Shown one piece after another: positions 1 to 7,713 of a stretch of DNA of 12,251 bases. This DNA comes from Fibrobacteria bacterium. GTDB lineage: Bacteria; Fibrobacterota; Fibrobacteria; UBA11236. The DNA is taken from NCBI GenBank assembly GCA_043732185.1, contig JAYTHY010000065.1, forward strand, positions 1-12,251, given 5' to 3'. A program made the position numbers and the translations under genes. Each line of letters opens with the position of its first letter. The stretch's first letter is position 1. The notes under the pieces were generated by a model that had not been told where the DNA came from, ran no database searches, and saw only the letters and a program-made list of their open reading frames with translations.

Positions 1-117
1 TCACCAAGTGGCCACGACTCATCCAGAACGAATATCAAAAAGGGGAAATCCAATTCGAAATCAGGAGATCATGAGTTTCCGAAAGGCATTGGGTTTAAAT
101 CCAGTATATTTTGACTC

Positions 118-1254
118 ATGCTTCAATCTATATCCGAGCAAACACCAGACACGCTCAAGTACACGGATTCGCTGCTCGTCAAAGCTTTTACCCAAGCGGA
201 CTATGCGGTAAATTTGACCGACAAGACCGGATTGCTCGTCAAGGTGAACCAGGCCTATTTGGATCTCTACAAATTTCTTTCCGATGCGGAACTTTTGGGA
301 AAATCCCAACGCATTATCCGTTCGCCGCATACTCCAAATGCCGTTTACAACGAGATGTGGAAAACTATTTCGGCCGGAGAAATTTGGCGCGGAAATCTCA
401 CTAACATTGCCAAGGATGGAACAGAAGTTTTTGTTCATCTGACGATTACGCCTATTAAGGAAGCGGGAAACATTGTCGGATACATGGGTTTTTCGCTGGA
501 TCGGGCGCAGCAGGTGTTGCTGGAAAAGCAGCTCTTTCATGCCAATAAATTGGTGATTTTGGGGACCATGGGCGCAGGACTAGCCCATGAATTAAACAAC
601 CCTCTGGCCAGCATCCTGCTTGATGCCGAATATCTCCAGGAAATTTGCCTAGCCCCTGAAAAGCCCATAGATTGGGCCACGGCGTTGTCTGCATCCAACT
701 CATTGATTAAAGGGGTTGAGCGCATCAAGAAGGTTTTGGAACACCTGCTTTCCTATTCCCGCAAGGAATCGCATCAGAAGTACACGACCATGACGGTGTT
801 GAAACTCGTACAAGAAAGCTTTCTATTCATTGAAAGGCAGTTCAGCAGTCGTGGTATATCTATCGAAGTCGGCATTGACGATGACATATGCATTGCCGGA
901 AATCAAACTGAATTGGAATCCGTCATCCACAACCTCTTGCACAATTCCTGCGATGCCTTCGAAGGACGACCTGGAAAAAAAACCGTTTCCATTACTGCCA
1001 GCAAGGGTTCGGATGGATTCGTATTGATCGAGTACTTGGACAATGCCGGTGGCATTCCCGAAAAAAACCTACACAAGATCTTTGAGCCCTTCTTTACCAC
1101 CAAAAACGAACAAGAGGGAACCGGCTTGGGATTGGCTATCAGCAAGAAAATCGTGACCGAACATGGCGGAACAATCGTTTGCGAGTCGCAAAAGGACACC
1201 ACTTTGTTTCAAATTCAGCTCCCAATTGTATCAAATGGCCTTAGCCAGGAGTAA
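118..1254 (+). CDS. Cytoplasmic PAS-domain sensor histidine kinase (PAS-HisKA-HATPase_c, NtrB-like)
   Basis: 378 aa ORF. N-terminal PAS/PAC (LTDKTG..VNQAY..MWKTI..IWRGNLTN). H-box GLAHELNNPL, N-box IHNLLHNSCDA, G1 DNAGGI, F-box IFEPFFTTK, G2 GTGLGLAIS. No transmembrane segment seen. In-frame TGA at 112-114 limits the start; no clear SD. Confidence 0.95.
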   Translation: MLQSISEQTPDTLKYTDSLLVKAFTQADYAVNLTDKTGLLVKVNQAYLDLYKFLSDAELLGKSQRIIRSPHTPNAVYNEMWKTISAGEIWRGNLTNIAKDGTEVFVHLTITPIKEAGNIVGYMGFSLDRAQQVLLEKQLFHANKLVILGTMGAGLAHELNNPLASILLDAEYLQEICLAPEKPIDWATALSASNSLIKGVERIKKVLEHLLSYSRKESHQKYTTMTVLKLVQESFLFIERQFSSRGISIEVGIDDDICIAGNQTELESVIHNLLHNSCDAFEGRPGKKTVSITASKGSDGFVLIEYLDNAGGIPEKNLHKIFEPFFTTKNEQEGTGLGLAISKKIVTEHGGTIVCESQKDTTLFQIQLPIVSNGLSQE

Positions 1255-1267
1255 TCGATTCCTATTT

Positions 1268-1299
1268 TGCCAATTTAGCAAATATTTGTCATAATGGCA
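1268..1299. promoter_or_regulatory. Two tandem imperfect palindromes TGYCA-N3-TRGCA (candidate enhancer/activator binding sites)
   Basis: TGCCA-ATT-TAGCA at 1268-1280 and TGTCA-TAA-TGGCA at 1287-1299, 19-bp period, about 110-140 bp upstream of the -24/-12 element. Confidence 0.5.
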
Positions 1300-1406
1300 C
1301 ATAACAACCGTTTAATCAAGCTGTGTCCCCGCCAAACGAACGGTCCAGAGTGGGCTAAATGACAGTTTTTGAGTTTCTGGTAGAAAATAAGGCAGCCTGA
1401 AAAATA

Positions 1407-1422
1407 CGGTGTAATCCTTGCT
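1407..1422 (+). promoter_or_regulatory. Candidate sigma54 (-24/-12) promoter
   Basis: CGGTGTAATCCTTGCT: GG at 1408-1409, exactly 10 nt, then GC at 1420-1421 within TTGCT. About 30 nt before the ATG at 1454. Confidence 0.55.
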
Positions 1423-1453
1423 CTAATATGCACTAACTCAACCGGAAACGAAT

Positions 1454-2236
1454 ATGATGAACCTCAAGCAGTGGCTTTTTGCGGATACGACGATTGGCGA
1501 GTTATTGGCGATTCGACCGCAGGCCATTTCCGTGCTTGAAAAATTCGGGATTGACCCGTTTAAATTGCCAATGACAAGACTTGGAGAAACATGCCAGGAA
1601 AAGGGCATAGCCTGGGAGACTCTTTTACTGGAAACCGGCAAATTAGAAGTGCCTCGAAAAGATTCTGATTGGCAGCAATTGCCACTTTTTATGCTACTCG
1701 ATTTTCTTATCCAGGAACACAGAGAAATAGTCTCCGAATTCTTCCCCGCTATCCGGAATGCCATAATTTCTGAAGAAAAAGATCCCGGGAATTTGGAAGC
1801 CAATTCTGCCCTGGTCCGGGAATGGCCAGGTTTTATGGCCAATTTGACGGAGCATATTAAATCGGAAGATACATTCCTGTTTCCAAAAATTCTCCGCTAT
1901 GACTATTGCGCTAGGCACGATACTGTAGATCCGGATTTTTCCAATGGATCCGTGAAAGTCTTCGCGGCTTTGCACCTTTTAATGCATGAGCAACGCCAAA
2001 CGAGCGCTGTTACGAAATTTCTCGATGCAATGGCCTTTTCCCCCGCTCCAGATGGGGAAAATGATATGAGGCGAAAACATCTTTTACAAATGATGGCTAG
2101 ATTTCAAAAATCATTGATTGACCACTCCCGATTGGAGGTGGAGGTTTTATTCCCTTTGGCGACAGCCCTTGAAAAGAGACTGTATGATCGACTCATTTCC
2201 GGCCATAAAGGCAATACTAAAGGAGAAATGGTATGA
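1454..2236 (+). CDS. Divergent Ric/YtfE/ScdA-like protein (ScdA_N/DUF542-like N-terminal domain plus hemerythrin-like HHE domain)
   Basis: 260 aa. N-terminus TTIGELL...AISVLEKFGID...LGETCQEKGI resembles ScdA_N. Linker DW..LPL..LLDFLI..H. Two H-x3-E-x3-LFP motifs (EHIKSEDTFLFP, DHSRLEVEVLFP). Lacks the DFCCGG motif. Confidence 0.75.
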   Translation: MMNLKQWLFADTTIGELLAIRPQAISVLEKFGIDPFKLPMTRLGETCQEKGIAWETLLLETGKLEVPRKDSDWQQLPLFMLLDFLIQEHREIVSEFFPAIRNAIISEEKDPGNLEANSALVREWPGFMANLTEHIKSEDTFLFPKILRYDYCARHDTVDPDFSNGSVKVFAALHLLMHEQRQTSAVTKFLDAMAFSPAPDGENDMRRKHLLQMMARFQKSLIDHSRLEVEVLFPLATALEKRLYDRLISGHKGNTKGEMV

Positions 2237-2262
2237 TCTGGATTCCTTAACCGGGAATTTGC

Positions 2263-3447
2263 ATGGCAAAGATTAATTCAGGAACCCTTGCTACCTTGTC
2301 TGCCAATATGACAAACATGGAAAATAGCGCCGAACTATTAAATAGCCGCCCCCTGATTGAGGACGCGTTCTCACAGTCTGATTATGCCATCAATATCACC
2401 GACACCAAAGGGATCATTGTTGAAGTAAACGACGCCTATCTCCGCTTGTATAAGTTCCATTCCAAAACCGAAATTTTGGGTCAGAATCAACGAATCATTC
2501 GCTCTGCGCTAACTCGTGCCTCGGTTTATAAAAACATGTGGGAGACTATTCTTACCGGCCAGGTATGGCGAGGGGAACTGACTAATAAAGCTATCGATGG
2601 CTCGGAAGTATTCATTCATTTGACGATCAGTCCGATTCAAAGAAATGGCGAAACGGTAGGCTATATGGGTTTTTCCATCGACCGGGCCCAGCAAGTCCTC
2701 ATCGAACGGCAGTTATTCCATGCCAATAAACTAGTTGTACTGGGTACACTGGGAGCAGGACTGGCCCACGAATTGAATAACCCATTAGCCAGTATCCTAC
2801 TTGATGCAGAATTTTTGCGTGATTTTATTTCGGATCCAAATCGCACGACCGATCCTGCCATACCCTTATCGGCTGCCGATTCCGTTATTCGCGGCGCAGA
2901 AAGAATGCGACGTGTTCTCGAACATCTGCTTTTTTATTCCAAAAAGGATACAGGAACGGCCACATCGACCATATCACTCAGCCAGCTTTTGGAGGACAGT
3001 CTGCTTTTTATTGAAAGGCAGCTCACATCGCGAAGCATTGATATCAGAATCGAAATTGATGCCGATTATTTTATCAATGGAAACCGGACCCAATTGGAAT
3101 CGGTCATCCACAATTTGTTGGGCAATTCTCGAGACGCGTTCAATCAAGCCACCACTAAGGACAAATACATTTCCATTCGATCCAAGTTTCTCGAACAAGA
3201 AAAATTGGTGCAACTTGAATATTTGGATAATGCGGGTGGCATTACTAAAAATGTCCTTGAACATATTTTCGAACCGTTTTTCACAACTAAAGGAGCGGAT
3301 GGCACAGGGCTAGGTCTGGCAATTAGCAAACAAATTTTGACTGAACATGGTGGAAGCATCGACTGTGAATCCAAGCAGGGCAATACACTTTTTACAATGC
3401 TGCTCCCAGCCACTCGGCTTGTCAAACCATACGCCCCGAAATCCTGA
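2263..3447 (+). CDS. Cytoplasmic PAS-domain sensor histidine kinase, paralog of 118-1254
   Basis: 394 aa; alternative in-frame ATGs at 2308 and 2317. PAS (ITDTKG..VNDAY..MWETI..VWRGELTN), H-box GLAHELNNPL, N-box IHNLLGNSRDA, DNAGGI, IFEPFFTTK, GTGLGLAIS. Confidence 0.95.
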   Translation: MAKINSGTLATLSANMTNMENSAELLNSRPLIEDAFSQSDYAINITDTKGIIVEVNDAYLRLYKFHSKTEILGQNQRIIRSALTRASVYKNMWETILTGQVWRGELTNKAIDGSEVFIHLTISPIQRNGETVGYMGFSIDRAQQVLIERQLFHANKLVVLGTLGAGLAHELNNPLASILLDAEFLRDFISDPNRTTDPAIPLSAADSVIRGAERMRRVLEHLLFYSKKDTGTATSTISLSQLLEDSLLFIERQLTSRSIDIRIEIDADYFINGNRTQLESVIHNLLGNSRDAFNQATTKDKYISIRSKFLEQEKLVQLEYLDNAGGITKNVLEHIFEPFFTTKGADGTGLGLAISKQILTEHGGSIDCESKQGNTLFTMLLPATRLVKPYAPKS

Positions 3448-3457
3448 ATCTAAAATT

Positions 3458-4819
3458 ATGGAAATAACATTTTTAGGTGGCACAGGAACCGTTACCGGCT
3501 CCAAATACCAAGTCCAGTATGGCACGCGAAAAGTTCTCGTGGACTGCGGTCTGTTTCAAGGCTTGAAACAATTGAGACTGAAAAACTGGACCCCATTCCC
3601 GGTTTCCGTTCCAGAAATAGAAGCCATTTTCCTAACCCATGCCCATTTGGACCATAGTGGATACATACCGAGACTGGTTCAACAAGGTTTTACCGGAACC
3701 ATTTATTGTACTCCCGCCACCCGGGACCTTTGCCGCATACTGCTTTTGGACAGCGCCAAAATCATGGAGGAAGAAGCCGAGTTTGCCCGTCGGCATAAAT
3801 TCTCCAAACACAAACATCCTGTTCCACTCTATACAACCGAAGATGCTGAAAAGGCCATGCATCAATTCAAAACCATCGCATGGAATAAGCCTATGCAATG
3901 GAAGGATGGGTTAGAGATTGAATTCTTTCGCGCAGGACATATTCTAGGCGCCTCCATGATCCGTTTACGTCATGCGGGAACGTCGCTGACATTTTCCGGA
4001 GACCTCGGCAGGCAGTCGGATCCCATGTTCCCGCCACCCGATTCCCTGCCGGATACAGATTATCTGGTGGTGGAGTCTACCTACGGCGATCGAATACACG
4101 GAAATGTGGATCCTGGCTTCCAATTGCAATCCCTTATTTCCAAGGCCTTTAAAAATCATAGCGTCGTCTTGATTCCCGCTTTTGCAGTTGGCCGCACGCA
4201 ATCGCTCCTCTTGAAACTTTGGGAGATAAGGAAGTCCGGAAACTTGCCGGCCATTCCCATTTATGTCGATAGTCCCATGGCGATGAATGTGACGCGACTT
4301 TATTCCGAATACCCTGAAGCCCATTCCATGGGAGAGGCACATGCAGCAGAAGTCTTTGGCATGGCCAATTATGTCAATGACGCCGATGAATCCCGTCTGC
4401 TCTCCAATCGTAAAGGCCCCATGGTGATTATTTCTGCGAGTGGAATGGCAACGGGAGGCCGTGTACTGCACCACCTTAAGGCATTTGCTCCCGATCCAAA
4501 AAACCTTATCCTGTTGTCCGGTTTTCAGGCAGTAGGCACTAGGGGTGCAGCGCTGTTGGCAGGTGCGGATAGAATAAAAATCCAAGGTGAATATGTGGAA
4601 GTACGGGCGGAAGTGGCTTCGCTTGGGAACTTTTCGGCCCATGCGGATTCAAGTGAAATCCTGCAATGGCTGAGTACAGCCGCCAAGCCACCAAAGCAGG
4701 TATTCATAACGCATGGTGAGCCAGCAGCGGCTGAGGGGTTACGAAAGTCCATTGCTGAAACGCTGGGATGGAATGGCATAGTTCCGGAATATCGGGATGT
4801 ATACGCCTTGCCAGATTGA
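3458..4819 (+). CDS. MBL-fold beta-CASP nuclease (bacterial CPSF73/YSH1-like RNA-processing family)
   Basis: Start revised to ATG 3458 (MEITFLGGTGTVTGSKY), 10 nt after the kinase stop. Motifs VDCG, THAHLDH, AGHILG, FSGDLG, ESTYG, PAFAVGR, SASGM, FSAHAD and ITHGE are all present. Confidence 0.93.
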   Translation: MEITFLGGTGTVTGSKYQVQYGTRKVLVDCGLFQGLKQLRLKNWTPFPVSVPEIEAIFLTHAHLDHSGYIPRLVQQGFTGTIYCTPATRDLCRILLLDSAKIMEEEAEFARRHKFSKHKHPVPLYTTEDAEKAMHQFKTIAWNKPMQWKDGLEIEFFRAGHILGASMIRLRHAGTSLTFSGDLGRQSDPMFPPPDSLPDTDYLVVESTYGDRIHGNVDPGFQLQSLISKAFKNHSVVLIPAFAVGRTQSLLLKLWEIRKSGNLPAIPIYVDSPMAMNVTRLYSEYPEAHSMGEAHAAEVFGMANYVNDADESRLLSNRKGPMVIISASGMATGGRVLHHLKAFAPDPKNLILLSGFQAVGTRGAALLAGADRIKIQGEYVEVRAEVASLGNFSAHADSSEILQWLSTAAKPPKQVFITHGEPAAAEGLRKSIAETLGWNGIVPEYRDVYALPD

Positions 4820-4845
4820 GCTTACTAAATTTTAGCCTCTATGTG

Positions 4846-7566
4846 CTACCGGATTCTTAGCTGCTTTCCATTAATAGGCCTGAGTAACTTAAGACATTCC
4901 AATACCAGGAGTGGTATTGAAGCAAGCCCGAAAAGGACAAACCATTGAACTCCAGATAAGGGCATGATTTTCAGCAGTCGGCTCAAGGTTTCGTTCTGAT
5001 GGAGGAAAACTTGCAACAGTATGGAAAAGCCAACTACCAGCAGAAGCAGCGGATTACCGCGAGGATCCAAGGTAAGGAAAAGCCTGGTTTCACTTCTAGC
5101 TCCTAACGAGCGTAGCAACTCAGCCAAAACCAAAGCCGTGAACGCCAAAGCCCGCGCCACTTCCAAGCCATACGTTTTTAGGCCCCAAACAAAGGCGGCC
5201 AGAGACACCCCAGCCGTCAAGAATCCAGTTAATAAAAGCGAAAATAAAAAGTTTCGATCGGATAGAATTTCAGATTGAGTCCTGGGTTTCTTTTTCATGA
5301 CATCCGGATCGATTCTTTCCGAAGCTAAGCATAAAGCCGGCAGACCATCCGTAACCAAATTGATCCAGAGCAGGTGAATTGGCAGTAGGGGAAGCGGCAG
5401 TCCAATAATTATCGAAGCCGTCATGAATAAAAGTTCGCCCGCATTACCCGCCAAAAGAAATTGGAGCGTGTTTCGAATGTTTTGATAAATACCCCGCCCT
5501 TCTTCAACGGCTGCCACTATAGTCGCAAAATTGTCATCGGCAATAATCATATCGGAAGCTTGCTTGGTTACCTCAGTACCACTGCGCCCCATGGCAATGC
5601 CGATATGGGCGCCTTTGAGCGCCGGAGCATCGTTCACGCCGTCACCGGTCATGGCAACAATAGCCCCTAGGCCTTTCCAAGCATTTATAACGCGAAGCTT
5701 GTGCGCGGCCGTTACCCGGGCAAAAACAGAAACTTTTACCACACGTTCCTGAAGCGAAGCATCATCCATACCATCCATTTGCGAACCGGTTAAAGTCTCA
5801 TCATCCTTTTTCGCGATACCCAGTTCTTTCGCTATAGCCAAGGCGGTTGAAGGATGATCTCCGGTAATCATCACTACCCGTATTCCCGCTTCAAGGCATG
5901 TAGTCACGGCCTTTTTCGCCTCCGGCCTGGGCGGATCATACATACCAGTCAAGCCCAAGAAAACCAGATCCTTCTCGACATCTTCTACTTTAGGCGTTTG
6001 TCCTTTTGGTAATGCATCATCGCGATAGGCTGTGCCAAGCACCCGAAGCCCTCTTCCAGCCATTTCCAGATTCGCCTTTAAGATGGAATCTCTTTCCGCT
6101 TTTTCCAAAACGCGTATACCGTTTTTAGAATGAACCCGCGTGCACAAATCGAGCAATACATCAGGCGCGCCATTGACGTGGATGCGAGCGGAATCATTTT
6201 TCCATTTCTGAATGGCGCTGGCTCTTTTCCGATCCGAGTCAAACGGAAAGGAAAAAATCATTTCAGATTTCGATTGATCCTGAGGACTCAACCCAAGCTT
6301 TCTCCCAGCGGCAATCAGGGCTCCTTCGGTAGGATCACCGGCAACCTTCCACTGGCCATTCTCCGCATAGAGGCTGGCCGTAGTGGTTGCTGCTTGCGCC
6401 AATGCCAAATTGCGTAAAAGTTCGGTATGTTCCGGCAGTGTGGGCTTTTCTTTATTCAGCACGGTACCCACCGGATCCAAACCACCGCCTCCTACGATAA
6501 AAGTTTCGCCATCAACATAAAATTCCTTTACCGTCATTTCACCAGCCGTTAAAGTACCGGTCTTATCCGTGCAAATGACAGTGGCGGAACCCAACGTTTC
6601 CACGGACGGCAAGCGCCGCACCAAAGCTTTCCGCTTAGCCATGCGCCGCACGCCCAGAGCCAAGGCAACAGTGACTATAGCTGGTAGTCCTTCCGGAGCA
6701 GCTGCGACAGCCAAACTTACCGCCGTCATGAATTGCTGAAACAGGTCTCGACCCCTTAGGAGGCCTATCAAAAAAAGAATCGCCACGATTCCCAGGCATA
6801 CCCAGACCAACGTCTTACTGAGTGCGTTCATACGTTTTTGTAAGGGAGTTTCCGATTCCATTCCAGCCGATTCCAGCAGGCTCGCAATTTTTCCAATTTC
6901 GGTTCCGGAACCCGTACGGACTACAATCGCCTTTCCTGCACCACTGGCGATACTGGTTCCCATGTAAATCATATTATGACGATCTCCCAAGGAAACGTCT
7001 CCTGTAGGTAACGTATCGGATACCTTAAGCACCGACTCTGATTCACCAGTTAATGCGGCTTCCAGGCTTCGCAATCCAAAAACTTGGAAAAGCCGGGCAT
7101 CAGCCGGAACCAAGTCCCCGGCTTCCAGTTCAATCACGTCTCCGCGCACAAGAGCTTTGGCGGGAATAGACCGGACCAGGCCAGACCTTAGCACCTTAGC
7201 CATGGGCGCAGTCATCTTCCGAAGTGCAGCGATGGACTGCTCCGCATTGTATTCCTGGAAAAACCCTATGATTCCGTTGAGAAAAACTATTGTCAAAATG
7301 GCAATTGCATCGATAGCTTCACCCATGACACCGGATACAATTCCGGCTACCAGTAAAACCCATATGACCAAATTGTTGAATTGACCCAGAAATAATTTCC
7401 ATTTCTTGGTGCCGGGTGGCTCAGGCAAGGTGTTCGCGCCTTCAGTTGTAAGCCTGGTTTCCGCTAAAGAGTCCTGTAGACCTTGATCCAAATCCGACTC
7501 GACCTCGAGAACGACCTTTGAAATATCCGAGGTATGCCAGTTATCGGTAGGTATAATCGCTGTCAT
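4846..7566 (-). CDS. Type IIA cation-transporting P-type ATPase (SERCA/PacL-like, probably Ca2+)
   Basis: About 906 aa (ATG 7566; alternative TTG 7575). Motifs LTGES, PEGL, DKTGTLT, DPPR, MITGD, TGDGVNDAPALK, M5 GNAGE and M6 WINLVTDGLPA, plus multiple hydrophobic segments. Confidence 0.96.
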   Translation of the reverse strand: MTAIIPTDNWHTSDISKVVLEVESDLDQGLQDSLAETRLTTEGANTLPEPPGTKKWKLFLGQFNNLVIWVLLVAGIVSGVMGEAIDAIAILTIVFLNGIIGFFQEYNAEQSIAALRKMTAPMAKVLRSGLVRSIPAKALVRGDVIELEAGDLVPADARLFQVFGLRSLEAALTGESESVLKVSDTLPTGDVSLGDRHNMIYMGTSIASGAGKAIVVRTGSGTEIGKIASLLESAGMESETPLQKRMNALSKTLVWVCLGIVAILFLIGLLRGRDLFQQFMTAVSLAVAAAPEGLPAIVTVALALGVRRMAKRKALVRRLPSVETLGSATVICTDKTGTLTAGEMTVKEFYVDGETFIVGGGGLDPVGTVLNKEKPTLPEHTELLRNLALAQAATTTASLYAENGQWKVAGDPTEGALIAAGRKLGLSPQDQSKSEMIFSFPFDSDRKRASAIQKWKNDSARIHVNGAPDVLLDLCTRVHSKNGIRVLEKAERDSILKANLEMAGRGLRVLGTAYRDDALPKGQTPKVEDVEKDLVFLGLTGMYDPPRPEAKKAVTTCLEAGIRVVMITGDHPSTALAIAKELGIAKKDDETLTGSQMDGMDDASLQERVVKVSVFARVTAAHKLRVINAWKGLGAIVAMTGDGVNDAPALKGAHIGIAMGRSGTEVTKQASDMIIADDNFATIVAAVEEGRGIYQNIRNTLQFLLAGNAGELLFMTASIIIGLPLPLLPIHLLWINLVTDGLPALCLASERIDPDVMKKKPRTQSEILSDRNFLFSLLLTGFLTAGVSLAAFVWGLKTYGLEVARALAFTALVLAELLRSLGARSETRLFLTLDPRGNPLLLLVVGFSILLQVFLHQNETLSRLLKIMPLSGVQWFVLFGLASIPLLVLECLKLLRPINGKQLRIR

Positions 7567-7713
7567 TTTTTCCAATACTTTCTAAAACTAGTACTAGACC
7601 ATAAATCTAAAAGTCTCATGGAAGAAAAAGTCGCACATGCTAATGAAATAAACGATAATTTTGAAGACGAAACCAGTCGAATAAATAATCAACAGGAAAT
7701 TACCAGAGGACGT

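Noticed and set aside
1..211. Possible upstream gene end (frame 3 stop at 72-74; frame 1 open to 114) and a short ORF from ATG 71 with AGGAG at 63-67
   Set aside because: All three frames are open at the window edge with no recognisable motif. The SD spacing is only 3 nt and the short ORF overlaps the kinase. Cannot be resolved without upstream sequence.
1295..1312. TGGCAC as a sigma54 -24 box
   Set aside because: No GC at the -12 position; better explained as a half-site of the dyad.
3347..3457. N-terminal extension of the beta-CASP ORF
   Set aside because: Overlaps kinase 2 by 101 nt; the family-typical N-terminus begins at ATG 3458.
4820..4845. Terminator between the convergent nuclease and ATPase genes (CTAAA-T-TTTAG)
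   Set aside because: AT-rich 5-bp dyad, too weak for an intrinsic terminator.
7534..7713. N-terminal extension of the CoA-transferase-GNAT ORF
   Set aside because: Overlaps the ATPase start head-to-head and spans the AT-rich divergent promoter; ATG 7714 has an SD-like sequence. ATG 7618 cannot be fully excluded.
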